Position numbers and translations under genes: made by a program
Origin: the human T2T-CHM13v2.0 reference genome, Homo sapiens
DNA length: 64,000 bases
NCBI RefSeq assembly: GCF_009914755.1
Contig: NC_060937.1
Strand: one strand, 5' to 3'
Shown: piece by piece, positions 25,164 to 38,599 of the stretch
Numbering within the stretch: the first letter of the stretch is position 1
Layout of the letters: each line of letters begins with the position of its first letter
The notes under the pieces: model-generated
Seen by the model: only the letters and a program-made list of their open reading frames with translations
Databases searched by the model: none
What the model was told of the DNA's origin: nothing

Positions 25164-28100
25164 GCTCCACATACCAATGACCATGAAGATAATAAATAAA
25201 GGACATAACGGAGATCTATCTCAGTGGGCACAACTTTGGGAAATACTCTTGGTTGCCATTTTTGTGAATGGCTTTATTCACATAGTGGTATGAATCTTTA
25301 CTGATTCATAAATGATGATAAATGGGTTTTCTAGACAGACAAAATTGAGGTGACAAGGAGGTCTGAGAAAGAGATACATTGAGGGATTGAGGAAATTTAG
25401 TGGTTCTCATTCTGAAGTTCATCAATTGACAATTCCTTATTTCACATTGCTGTGTTCCATTTTGTCTCTTGGAACCTGACATTAGCCTTTGCTCTTTAGG
25501 ACCTGTTTTGCTTAAACATATCCTCTCCTTTATCATTTTCCCACTATCAAACTTATGTCATAGTCCTAATTTTGAGCATAGTTTACAATGTGGCTTCGAG
25601 AAATAAGAATCTCTATCAAGATGCTACATAGGATCTCTGCCTATCATAGCATGCTTCAAGTTGACGGTTAAATTCCCTGAGTGACCTCTAATCTTATTAT
25701 TACAAAGATTTTCAGTGCAACAAGCTCACATCACAATTTTTATCATTATTATTGTACCTTTACCAAATAAGTGTCATACCCAGTACGTACCTGACTACTT
25801 CACCTTCCAACTAACTGTACCTCAAACCAATTTACCACTGATGAAAACTTCCATAATTAAAAAGGTACTACATACAAGAGATTATCCCCAACACCTCCCA
25901 ACAAATATACACACTATTTTTATAAGTAATAATGCTGCTGTTGCCTTCAGAATAGTGAGAAATCCAAATCCTCATTTAATTCTGTGTGTTGCTTTCTTAA
26001 GTTAATCCTGGTTCCAGCAATTTTTTCTTCAGAAATCCTACAACATGTAAAAATATGAAATATTTTCTCTAAAGTTCCACATATGGGAATAGGTTCCTAT
26101 TATATTTGGGGGTAAATAAATATAAACAGACCTAGCATACAATTTTGTAATTTCACACATATATAATATTGTAGGATGTGTTCCATTTTGTTATATAAAT
26201 AGGCATAGAGAAAGAAACATTCCAATATACATCAAAATGTTGGATGTTTGTCTTTTCTCCCTTTTCTTTTCTATATAAACTAGAGTTTTTCTTGCTGAGT
26301 TTTGTTTGTTTGCTTGCTTTTACTTTATGTCAGTAAAATAAATGTAAATATCAGGGAAAAAAGCCAAAATCATTTGGGAAAAAATATTATCCATATAATT
26401 TTTTCCTAAAATAACAAATGTGGAAGCAGAAAAAAGTTACCCACATTTTCTTAATATCAAAAGAGTAATCCTGAATCCCTTTATTCATCAGCACTTTTTA
26501 TTTGTCATACAAATAACCTTTTGTTTTAGAGTTTACTAATAAATATGAACTGGAGTTAAAGCCTGTGCAACTCTAACAGTCATCCAGGAAACATTTCCTT
26601 GCTAAGATAATTTTATTTACTCAGATACTTTCTGTTGAGTAGCAATTAAAATTCTTTATGATAAAACTGAAGACAAATTTCCTTAAATAATAGGACTAAA
26701 CAATAAGCAGAAAAGCAGGAACCTTGTTAAATTTACATTTGTACTATGTCTTATAAAAATGTATTCCCTATTTTGAGATTAAAAATGAGTTATTTCAATG
26801 ATATTATACAAAAGTTTTTCTAGATATTAAAATTCTAAAAATGTAATGGTATCTCTAATGCATTGTAGCCATGAATCTTCAACAATTACATATAAAACTT
26901 CATTTAATCTTCTGTTTGTAAGACATTTGCATGTTTCCATATTTCTTTATTTACAAAAATGCCATTACATTTTGTTCTGACATCTGTCTTTCTCCATTTT
27001 CAGACAAAATTTAATTAATAAAATCACTGACTTTAGCTAAATATTTGTCTTAAATTTGTGATAGACAGACATTGTTTTATATAAAATGGTGTCATTCTAA
27101 AGTAATGACTGCATATCTTGTTGTCAAATATTTTATTTATTCAGCTCCTCTGTACAAAACAAACTAACTGAGTATTTCTGTAAAGTATCAGGCAAACAAA
27201 GGGATAGAGAAAAACTAAGAGTGGTACAAGAACTTGACTCTGTTTGAGACTTACTGCTACTACCTTAATCGTCATTAAATTTGAGAGTTTTTCCCTACTC
27301 TGTAATATAAGTATATTGACTTCAGTAATCTTCAATGTCATTATAAACTCCATCATTCTAATAATGAATTTATGAAAAATTTCTTATATAGTTGAGGATA
27401 AAGTAGAAATTGATGAATAATTTAAAATAGCACAGATAATACCCAGAAAATATTTCCTGGGGTCTTAATATGTAGCATTAATTAGAAGAGACTAATTATG
27501 ATTTATTAAATTATTTTTAATCTTAAATACATTAATTGTTTAGAAATTCAGCCATAAAACTTATATGATTATAAATATGTTTGAAAAATTCTAGCTGTAC
27601 AAAAAGTTATTTAAAAAGGCATAGCATTTTTGTATTATTGCATAAATAAAATAGATGACTATTTATCAAAAGTCATGCCAACCCAGCTTTGAATTTTCTT
27701 ATAATGATTGTGTCATTTTGTGTCAGTATAGTCAGTCACACTCTATTTCATTTACACAAGCAAAAGTAATATGAATCTTGCTGTCATCTAGTTATTCAAA
27801 CCTATTGGAAGGAAAGATGGTTAAAGGAACAGAAAAAACAAGGTCCGTGAAGGAGTAAATTATATGCATTGAGCAGAGGAACTGGTTGAATTCACCATGA
27901 GTATTCCAAATATATTATTATTTTTCATGGCATCACAAAGAAAATTATATCCTTATATCATTAATAAGGCAAAATGAATGATAGCTAGGAAGTTTACCCC
28001 ATGTATTCTAAAAACTCTACATGTTTTCTGAGCATGCCAAAAAGGAGCAAGAAGTACTGATGGTGATAATGATGATAAAGAAGAATGCAAAGGCACTACA

Positions 28101-29617
28101 GAGTTTATTCATTTTCATTTATCCTTGTATATTAATGACAGATTTTAATATTTTTAATCAGTTGAATTTCCTTAATAATGACAAGAGTAATCTGATAACA
28201 GAGAAAAAACAAGGGCTTAATCAAAAAGTTAATAAACATTACATCTAAGGCAATCTTATATCAACAACCTCTTATTTTATCTGAAAAAAGAGCTAATTTT
28301 TATGAGAGCTAAATGATGATGATTTTTTTTCTACTGAATGATTAAAAGTATAAAACAAAAGTGTCCGAAAAAATACCCTCCTTTATTTCATTGGTTAATT
28401 TATGCTTGATTAAATGATTAAATATGAAAAAGTCAGTTTTGTTAACAATGGTAATTAACTTTTGAACTGTATCTTGAAAACTATAGTATCTTGAAGAAAA
28501 ACATTATTATTGATGCTCTGTTTTTCAAGGCTTCTAACATAAAAGCAAAACATTGCTAATCTCAAGAAGGTAATTAAATCAATTTTTGATTATGTTCTTT
28601 TAAAAAGAATTTCAGTAATAAAATGACTATTGAAAACCAAATGATTTTATGTAAATCTAATATAAAGAAGGATAAACTGAAATTTAAAGATGAAAACAAC
28701 ACACAAAACATTGTCTGACTGTTATATCTCTAAGACACAAACAAGAGACTATATCTTTTCAAACAGATTTAAGCTTACCTACCCCATACTCTGAAAGAGC
28801 GGGTGAGCTGCTGGAATAATAGACCCGGCTGCTTACTCATTCTTATTCCCAGATTATTGGTAGAAGTAAATATAAACATTCAGAGAAAATTAAAAAATTA
28901 ATGTGAAATATTTGACTGTACACATAGTCCAGATTGACAAAATATTTCAGGAAAATCTGCATCATGAAATAGATGTACCAAACCCAACTAAAGAAAGAAC
29001 TATCACTCTAGAAAGCAGCAACAGCAAAAACAACTGTGAACACCTTTTACAAATCTACAGAGAGCTCTCATTTTGCGTGGCTTTGGTACTGTGAGTGTCA
29101 GCAAAGCTGGGATGTGGGGGGAGATGTCTTTAATTAATGAGATGCTGCTTCATCTTCCTGATCTCTTGCCTGCTTCTCGGTACTTATTTTCTGGCACACA
29201 CTGCTGTCAAGACTTTTTCCAACATTCTTATCCTGATTTGAACACTTTTCAAAAGACAGCTCTTAAACACTGAAATAAATCTACATTCTGTCACTCCATA
29301 CAAGGTATTCTGCAGGCAAATTTTCTCTGGATACATCGAGTTCATCCTGGTCACATTTCTTTTTATTTTATTTTTCTTTACTCTCTTTTGATATTTGCTA
29401 AAATATAAAATTCCTTTAAGATGCAGATTAATTTCAAGTTTTGTCTTTCATGAAATCTCATCTGCTTTTTTAATGGCCCATTTTGCCAAACTGCTATTTT
29501 ATCTCTGTTTTTAGATGTAAAATACATCTGGTAGATGGATTTTACAAAATGTACAAAGTGTCTTCTTACCAGTATTAAAAGTTAGAGTCAGTGAAAGCAG
29601 AAGCCACATTTTTATCT

Positions 29618-29697
29618 ACACATATATGTGTGTGTATATTATTATGTGCATATATGTATATATGTATACACGTGTGTATGTATACATGTAACATATA
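29618..29697. repeat. TA/TG low-complexity repeat
   Basis: Visible. Confidence 0.8.
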
Positions 29698-29868
29698 ATG
29701 CTCTCACTGACTCTAAACTTTAAATTTCTAAACACTAAGGGGAAACTCACTAGCAGCGCACAATAAACCCTGAGGAAATTGAAATGTAGCAACAACAAAA
29801 AAAATGATGGGAGGATTCATTACTCTGTAATAGGTATCTGAGGCAATTGCTATTGAAACTTTCAAGCA

Positions 29869-30172
29869 GCAGCTGGGTGCTCACATCTGGAATGCCTAGG
29901 CTTTGGGAGGCTGAGGCAGGATTATCACCTGAGGCCAGAGATTCTACACCAGCCTGGGCAACATAGCGAGACCCCATCTTTATACAAACCTTAAAAATTA
30001 GCCAGACATGGTGGTGCACCCCTATTGTCCTAGCTACCTGGGAGGCTGAGGTGGGGGGATTGCTTGATCTTAGGATTTTGAGGGTGCAGTGAGCTATGAT
30101 TGTTCCATTGTACTCTAGCCTGAAGGACAGAGTGAGACCCTGTCCCAAAAAAGAAAAAAAAAAGGAAGAAAA
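29869..30172 (+). mobile_element. AluJ
   Basis: agcctgggcaacatagcgagacccc, cagtgagctatgat; approximate TSD aaa(c/t)tttcaagca at 29856-29868 and 30173-30185. Confidence 0.92.
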
Positions 30173-33100
30173 AAATTTTCAAGCAATTTCAGCCTTATTT
30201 TCAGACAATTTTTACATGGCTAGGTATTTTATATTTTTGTAATCATTTCGCTTCAAAGCTATTGTATTTTACACTGATAAAAATTCCCTTCTATTGCTGT
30301 TACCAGAACAACACATTATATTGCAGAAATAAAAAGCAATGTTAACAAAAGCAATGTTAATGAAATGGCAAATGATTTAACAAAAATTAGAAATGGCAAA
30401 GATCTTTTTTATATGCATTTGAATTAACATTAGGGCAAAAGTAAAGTTTCTTTTTATTTAAAGGCATTGCAATTTTCTAAAAATTATATTGAAAAAACAT
30501 TGAAATATCTCTCTTGTCTTTTGTATAATTGATGTTTATTTTGAAAGATTGGTTGAGCTTTATTTGAGAGTTAGTTTATCTGTAACCTATATCATCTTGA
30601 CAATACGATGTGCTCCTCAGAGGTTTTTATATGTAGTTCCTTACTAAAAGAAACATTTAATAGTTTTCATATAAACTTTCACATTTGAAAATTTATTGTA
30701 AACATATTTTAAAAGAATGCAAAATAGTGAACCCAGAAACAAATATATTTGAATCATATTAAATCTGCAAATTGTTTAATGTTATACACCATATAATTTC
30801 TACAAAGGACACCAAAATCATGGCCAAGGATTAATAAATCTGACAAACTACTAATTATTTTTAAATTCTCTCTAATAACAGCTTACCCAATTGTTTTAAG
30901 TTGCATTCTATTTGTGCGAAGTATAGAACCAGTGACAAGTACCAAACTCCTAATTTAGGAGAGTAACTATAAAATGGAATAATAATGTATAGAATATTTA
31001 ATATGCACACTATCTGAGTTGACACAGTGATATAATATACAGTTAAGTTTGTATTTGTTTTCCTGTTAGAATTTATTATTTTAAAGAATTGGTATTTTTT
31101 TCTCTCAAGTCTCTTCCCTTTACCAACAAACATAGTTTTCAAAAATACGAATATAGCTATTAAATCTATTATTATGTCAAGAAATCTATACCCAATCTTA
31201 TTCTCAGACTTCCAAAAGTAAAACTGAGAGAACATCTGCTACACTAATAAATTTACTGGTCTCTAAACAAACTACTACACATTTTTTTGAGAGAATAGTG
31301 GCCATTTTATTCTAAGAACAGTATGTAGAGGTGTGAATTATTACTCTTATTATTTACCACTAGAAATTCACTCAAACTAATTAGCCATTATAACACTTTT
31401 CTTTGGATGAAGAAATCAGTAGAACTATTCTGCAGACCTCTGAATACTGTGAAGAAGAACAGGCCATTTACAGTTCCAAGATTTTTGTACTTTCGCACTA
31501 AACACAATAATGTCATCTTTTATCATTTATGCACCTTTTCTACACCATGTATTGTCATATTGACATTTAAAAGGAATTTGAATAAGATTTGTCTCATGAA
31601 AAACTTAAAAATATTATTTACTTAAGGCTCTCTTTTCTGCAGTGTTTTAGTTACTTAAAAAAAAAAAAACAAAACTCTACTTAAAATCCTAACTGTCCAT
31701 AAACCTGGATTTGAGTTGATTTGACTATTCTGTAAATGTGCAGTCTGATGTAGGCTTATTTAAAAATAAGATAGATTCTGTGTCAACAATAATGACAGCG
31801 TTTTTCCTGTTTTGTACCAGGGGATCTTAAACTTGGTTTTAATGTTTTCATAAATGACCAATATAGCACTGACTGTGAATGAAGCAAATAAAATAACAGA
31901 GAATGTATATGTGTGCTTTTCTCTTTTTTCAACAAATAATTAACGATTCCTGCAGACATATTGCACTGGCCAATACATACATGGAAAGATAGAAACTGCT
32001 TATTATACCAGCTATAAATAAGAAACCCGTTCTCCATTTACCAAGATACTAACTCAGAGAGTGAGGGAAAATATATTGTTTTCTAATCAACATTCTTGGG
32101 CAAGGATGGAAAAGGAAACTAATCAAGGCTCACTCTTGAAATATGTAATCAGAAATAAACTTTTGGTAAAGATATGACTGCATCTTATTTGAGGCTTAAT
32201 GTCATAATATAAAACCCACATAGTCAATCACTCTTTAAGCACAGAAGTATTATTCAACAGATGAAATAAAGCATCTGGAATCTGTAAGTTAATTACTAAA
32301 TATTACTACTTCCTATTAACATTTCTGCTTTCAATAACTAGTCTGCTGAATAGATTGCACTATACAGGGCACAATCAGAAAACAGCTTCACACTTTCCCA
32401 ATTGGTCTCTTCTTGGCTCTGTGGCATCTTCCTGCCCAGCCCCAGTGGGACTGCTTTGTGGAAAAAAGGGCCAGATCCTCTTGCAGATCATTCCCATTGC
32501 TTTCTTTAAAGGATTTTCCTAACAGCGTTCTCTGGCTTAAATAAAGAGGAAACACATTGTCCCTAGCAGGGAGCTCTCTCTTTCTACAAGTTTCCAATAA
32601 AAAAAAAAAAAATGTTTCTTCTTTCTAAATGAACCACTTGCTTCCCCTTATATGTAGAGACAGGACAAGAGGAGAGGCCACAAGGCGCATGGGTGAAAGT
32701 TCAGTTAGGCTGTCTGTGAGCAAATCCTTCAGAGATGGAGATGGGTGCAGCCCCCCTACCTTTTTTTGAAAATGTTGGCATGTGGTACTGATATTTTCAT
32801 TTCTGGAGCCTTTTTCAGACCTCTGAAGAAGAGAGAAAAATTGCATTTACCATTTTGTTACATTATATTTCAGGGTGGATCAAGAGCTTAAATCTAGGGA
32901 GAAAATCGAGGATAGTGGAGGGAAAACATTTGGCATTCTCGAAGAATCAGGGTGTGTTGTACCTTTCGGTGACCAAAGTATTACTATCAACTTATTCCAG
33001 TTCCAAATATTGCTGTTTTAAATTACCATTTTTTTCTTTAATTAGGTAGAAAATAGTTTTTACACTGAGAAATGATGCATTTTAAAAATTATAACCTTAA

Positions 33101-33568
33101 CTTGATTTTACCCTAATGCCTTACTATATATTCTTATATATAGCACAAGCTAACTGCACCTAAAATATAGGAACAGTAATATCTAAACTGTTATATGACA
33201 AATAAATTTCATTTGTTTACCTAGGTTCCTGTTTGAGAATAATCAATTTATTTTTGCAGAACTGTTGAGGAAGACCAGGCATACTTATATAAAATAGAAA
33301 GATTCTTCATTTGGGAGAAAATATGTTTTATCTTTTACTTATTCAATAAACAAAATTTGTAAAAGCTCAGATATTAAATTACTATCTCTTTCATAAAAAG
33401 ACAGAAATTAAAATGATTTGGTGCTAATTTAAGAAGTTTTAACAACTAAATTGAACATTTTATCATTAGCAACATTATGTACATAACACACTGCTAGACA
33501 CTATAATTATTCTAAATAATTGGGGCATAGTCCTTGATTTCCCTAAATTTGTATTTTGGTTGAGGGGG

Positions 33569-33606
33569 TGTATTAGTCAGGGTTCTCTAGAGGGACAGAA
33601 CTAATG

Positions 33607-33645
<39 letters not shown>

Positions 33646-34184
33646 AATATATATATATATATATAGTAATATATATATATATATAGGAATATATATATAT
33701 ATAGGAATATATATATATATATATAGGAATATATATATATGTATATATATAGCATATATACATGTATGCTCTCTATATGTGTATATATATAGCATATATA
33801 CATGTATGCTATATATATATAGCATGTATTATTTATATATATAAAGGGGAGTTTACTAAGTATTAACTGACAGGATCACAAGATTCCACAATAGGCCGTG
33901 AACTTGGAGTCTGATGTTCGAGGACAGGAAGCATCCAGCAGGGGGGAAAGCTGTAGGCTGGGAGGCTAGGTAGTCTCTCTTTTCACATTTTTCTGCCTGC
34001 TTATATTCTATCTGTGCCGGCAGCTGATAAGATTGTGCCTATGCAGATTAAGGGTGGGTCTGCCTGTCTCAGCCCACTGATTCAAATGTTAATCTCTTTT
34101 GGCAACACTCTCACAGACACACCCAGCATCAACATTTTGTATCCTTCAATCCAATCAAGTTGACACCAAGTATTAACCATCACA
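33569..34184 (-). mobile_element. MLT2A1 (HERV-L) solo LTR
   Basis: Minus strand starts TGTGATGGTTAATACT..GTCAACTTGATTGGATTGAAGGAT and ends ..GAGAACCCTGACTAATACA; TSD GGGGG at 33564-33568 and 34185-34189. Confidence 0.9.
33609..33842. repeat. Expanded (TA)n compound repeat inside MLT2A1
   Basis: ggaa(TA)n units then agcatatatacatgtatgct units. Confidence 0.95.
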
Positions 34185-34409
34185 GGGGGTAAGACAAGAA
34201 AAAGTAATTATAATATCAAAAATAAGGTAAGTATGAAGTGATGGTACATGATGGTATCAAGACTGACATTTAACTTGCAATTTCAGATGGATAAGATGCG
34301 CAGGAAAGATATATGACAGTGTTAGAATTTAAGCTGAGTCAAATGAAGGGTAGAATCTAAAAGAAGCCTGGAATTTTTAAAATGTAAGAATGTGCAGAGG
34401 CAGGAAACT

Positions 34410-34677
34410 ATAAGGGATGTTCTAGCACAAAATACTGCCATCGTGCACAAAATTAATAGATGACTTGTAAACCAATAAGCATGGCAATGTTCCAATGACA
34501 TTTTGTTTATAGACCCTGAAATTTTACATTTATATAATTTTCACATTTACCATATTTTATTCCTTTTTTGGTATTTTTTTCAACCATATGAAAGCAAAAA
34601 TCACCCTTAGCTCATTGACCATACAAAAATAGGGAGCAGTCAGTAGTTTGCTCATGGTTGTACTTTACATACTCTGT
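34410..34677 (+). mobile_element. MER58B-like hAT-Charlie DNA transposon remnant
   Basis: atgttccaat..ctgaaattt..tataattttcacat..ttttttcaaccat..cttagctca..catacaaaaatagg. Confidence 0.7.
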
Positions 34678-34765
34678 TTCAAGAAGTGTAGTAAATCAGT
34701 AAAACCAGTGATGCAATTCTCTAGCAAATTTACAGAAATTTTAACAATTGAAAAAATAAAATGCA

Positions 34766-35367
34766 TGTATTATATTTCTATAGCAGTATAATAATTTTCC
34801 AGAGAATTAGTGGTTTAAAACCATATCCTTGTATTATTTCACAAGGAATAAGTTTGTAAGAAGTTTGGCACAGCTCAGCGGGATTCTTTATTCACTATCT
34901 CCTAAGACCAAAATCAAGCTTTTGGCTGCATAAGCTCTTATGTTGATACTCTGGGTAAGAATCCACTTCCTGGTTTACTCAGGTTGTGAGAATCCAGTTC
35001 CTTACTGATACAGGAGTGAGTTCCCCAATTTCTTGCTCGCTGTCAGCCAGAAGCTGCTCTTAGTGACCACCTGCATCTCTTCTTATGTGGCCATCTTGAA
35101 ACCAGCAGAGCTGTGTGAAGGCCTTCTCATGCTTTGAATCTCTCTGCCTTCTTCTGCCTTCCTCATTTCACCAGCTATAAAAAGTTTTCTGCTTCATAGG
35201 ATTTATGTGACTGGATTATACCCACCAAGATAATCTCTCTATTTTAAGGTCAACTGTAGTGTTTAACATAACAACCATGAAAGTTATATGTCATCATATT
35301 GGCAGGTTTTCAGGGTCTGAGCATAGAATTCAGGAGCAGGTGAATTTTAAAATGTTGCCTCCCACAG
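34766..35367 (-). mobile_element. MLT1E-like MaLR LTR
   Basis: ctctgggtaagaatccacttcc..agaatccagttcc..ccttctcatgctttgaatctctctg..cccaccaagataatctc. Confidence 0.7.
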
Positions 35368-35577
35368 CACATATTTGAGAGACATAAATAAAGGGAATAT
35401 AAAGTAGGCAGACACATTGACAGGAAGGATTAACACATGGAAGAAACTGAAGTGTACCATTAACACAAAGGATGTTACATGTTTTTGTCAGTTGTCTAAT
35501 GTCAAAAGAAGAAATAAAAATATGAGCAGGTGAAAAGTTCTTCATGCCTACAAATTAACACAAATTTATGGTTCTTT

Positions 35578-36113
35578 TTATTAGGGCTATTGATTAAATC
35601 ACCCTAAAACTTATAGGTGTAAAAACAATCAATTGCTATGCTCATGGATTCTTTGGGTCTGGAGTTCTGACAGGCTGCTCTGGGGATAGATTGTCTCTGA
35701 GCTATGATATCCGAGGCCTCAGCTGCAAGATTTGAAGATTAGGGTTTGGAATTATTTGAAGATATATTTACCCATGTGTTTAATGTTTGATGCTGGCTGT
35801 CAGCTGGGACTCTTGGCTGGCGACCTATATGCAGTCTCTCCATTTGGCCTGAGCTTCCTTACAACATGGTAGCTGTGTTTCAAAAGCAAGCATGTCAAGA
35901 GGGAGAGAACTACATAAAATCCACATTGCCTTTTATAACCTAGCCTTGGAAGTCACACTGTGTCGCTTCCCCTGAACGGAAAATGAATTGTCTCTCTCGG
36001 GCAAGAGAAGAGCAATCATATTCCCCTCTTGAAAACTGGGTGGCAAAGTTCTGGAAGAGCACAAGGGACCGGAAATTATTGCAGTGGGCACTTTGGAAAA
36101 TAAAATCTGCTAC
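35578..36113 (-). mobile_element. MLT1F/G-like MaLR LTR
   Basis: gcctcagctg..gatgctggctgtcagctggg..gagcttccttacaacatgg..tagccttggaagtcac..tttggaaaataaaatctgctaca. Confidence 0.7.
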
Positions 36114-37549
36114 ATTTATTGTCTGGGAAGCAGCAGTATTTTATATCACACTAGTATAATTTGAAAAATGATAAAACTAATAAGAACAAATATTACTATA
36201 AAATAGAAATGTTTATAACAAAAGTGAAAAATTAATATATTAAAAGTTTTTTGAAATGTGTATGAACACTAGAGCATTTGGTATTTGGTACAGCCATAAA
36301 GATTACAGTTAAGGGAAAATTTGAAAAGAGATTCTACCGTTAAAATAAATGCCTATAATAACAACAGATTTGTTTATATGGTAATGCTTTTAATGTTGAT
36401 CATGGGACATATTCCTAGATTTTCTCATATTTTAACTAAGTGTACTAAAATATGCTATTTTTATCGATATAAGTAATAAAATTTTTGAGATTCTGAAGAC
36501 ATAACATTTTTTCTTCCCTTTTTGTTTAGGAAAAGCTCTTCCCAAAATGCATAATTCCTTTGATCAGAATCACTCAACAGGTGTGTGACTTTTTTTTTCC
36601 TTTTTCTTGTATGTAGAAAATCCTTGAAAAAATATCTTACATGATGAGCATGCAGCAGCTAGACTATAAAAATCTTAACTTGCTATAGCCGATAGTGTTT
36701 GCTACTGGCTATAGAAGGACAATTCATCCACTTTCTGTTCAATGGATGCTTTACTCGTCTTCTAAGCAATTTTCCAATCAAAAAGGATAATATATTACCC
36801 CATGAACCAAATGTAGACCACAAGTTGCTTACAGGAAATAGAACCCCACAGCTCTAAACAACTAGAAAATAATAATTTCGGGTTTAATTTCAGTGGAAAG
36901 ACAATTTTTATGAATAAAACAGTCTCTAGGACTGTCCTTTCACTAGGTGTTTGAAGAGAAATACAAAAATAAAGTTAATTCATAGTGAATTCAAAACATA
37001 TTAATGAGTTGTAAATTTTACATACATAGTAGACATTGACTTAAGTGTACATTTATATAAGAAGCTCAATTCAATAATCAATTCAGAATCAAATTTTAGT
37101 TTTAACTCACAAAGGAATTGTGGCAAGATTTTTTTTTTTTTGCTTAAATTGTGATCTGTGTTCTTATTTCTCCATATGTAGCAAATTATTTTCTGTGCAT
37201 CTCCAACCACTATGACCTTGAGATGTCTTTTCCTTAAGATTCTCAGTTTTAATCTTTATTTAGATAAATAATAAGCATAGCACCTAAGAACATGAATTAT
37301 ATTCATTAAAACTGTTATTGTTAAAGTTGTTCCTAGTATGATATGTAAGGTGCCCTCAACCTGCAAAACTAAGGTTAGTTGTGCTTAGTCATGGTGTCAT
37401 AAATATCCATTGTTTTTACACGTTGATATCCTTAACTTAAACACCAAATCTTCAGCTACTTAATATTAATCTATTCATTAGAATTGTCCATTTTATTAAT
37501 TACCACATATAAGTTTGTTACCAGCTATCCATTTATGATTAGGGCATTT

Positions 37550-37881
37550 CAATTTCAGGTGTCTCTGGAATTCTCTTCTGGTGATTCCCACATGGCTCTT
37601 CTAATTGTATCATTCAAGTTTGCTTAAAAGTATTAATACTGCACCATGTATCACACTCCATTATTTTTAATCCTTTCCACTTTATTTTTCTTCATAACAC
37701 TTTTTTCCATTTGAAATATTAGATAATCATTTATGAGTTTATTTATTTTATCAGTCCTTCCTCAACTTAAAAGCGAAAGGTCAATGAGAGCAGATAATTT
37801 GGTTCTTATGCTTATGGGTCCTCCTGTTCCTCCAGTGACTTTAAGAGTGGCTAGCAAGTAGAGGGAATTCAATAAATATTT
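37550..37881 (+). mobile_element. L2 3' end
   Basis: Ends ..gtagagggaattcaataaatattt, L2 terminus-like. Confidence 0.55.
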
Positions 37882-37882
37882 A

Positions 37883-37992
37883 AGGAAGGAAGATAGGAAG
37901 GAAGGAAGGAAGGAAGGAAGGAAGGAAGGAAGGAAGGAAGGCAAAAAGGATGGAAAAGGAAGGAAGGAAGGAAGGGAGGAAGGGAGGGAGAG
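37883..37992. repeat. (GGAA)n microsatellite
   Basis: 11 consecutive GGAA at 37896-37939. Confidence 0.95.
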
Positions 37993-38094
37993 AAATTCAT
38001 ACCTCAACATTGTGGGAAAAATTCAATGACAAATAACTGCTGTGTAATTATGTTAATGATAAATAATGCTGCAAAAAACATATGTAAAATTAAA

Positions 38095-38230
38095 TATATA
38101 TAAACATACACATACACATATATGTACATACATTATACACATATGACAATACATGTACATGCATTATACATACATTATATACATAATATATGCATAAACA
38201 AATACATTAAATATACATATATAATAAATA
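38095..38230. repeat. AT/AC-rich low complexity
   Basis: Visible. Confidence 0.75.
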
Positions 38231-38306
38231 GAACTATAGTAAAGTATATAAAGGTATTGTATAGTATATGGGGACATGGGATTTCTTTTTAAAAAAGATG
38301 TAATTA

Positions 38307-38599
38307 GAGGGTTCAGTGGCTGATGCCTGTAGTACCAGCACTTTGAGAGGCTAAGGCAGGCAGACCACCTGAGGTCAGGGGTTCGAGATCAGCCCTGCCA
38401 ACATGATGAAACCCCATCTCTACTAGAAATACAAAAATTAGCCATGTGTGGTGGTGCTTGTAATCCCAGCTGATCTGGAGGCTGGGGCATGAGAATTGCT
38501 TGAGTCAGGGAGGCAGAGGTTGCAGTGAGCTGAGATCTCCCCACTGCACTCCGGCCTGGGCGACAGAGAAAGACCTCCTCTCAGGAAAAAAAAAAAAAA
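38307..38599 (+). mobile_element. AluS (Sx/Sz-like)
   Basis: cacctgaggtcagg, tactagaaatacaaaaattagcc, A tail. Confidence 0.92.

Noticed and set aside
28951-29090. Possible coding exon (ENLHHEIDVPNP..) ending at a GTGAGT donor
   Set aside because: Acceptor has almost no pyrimidine tract and the peptide resembles nothing I recognise
33935-33947. CTCF-like motif ccagcagggggga in MLT2A1
   Set aside because: Lacks the conserved C of the GGC core end; unsupported without ChIP data
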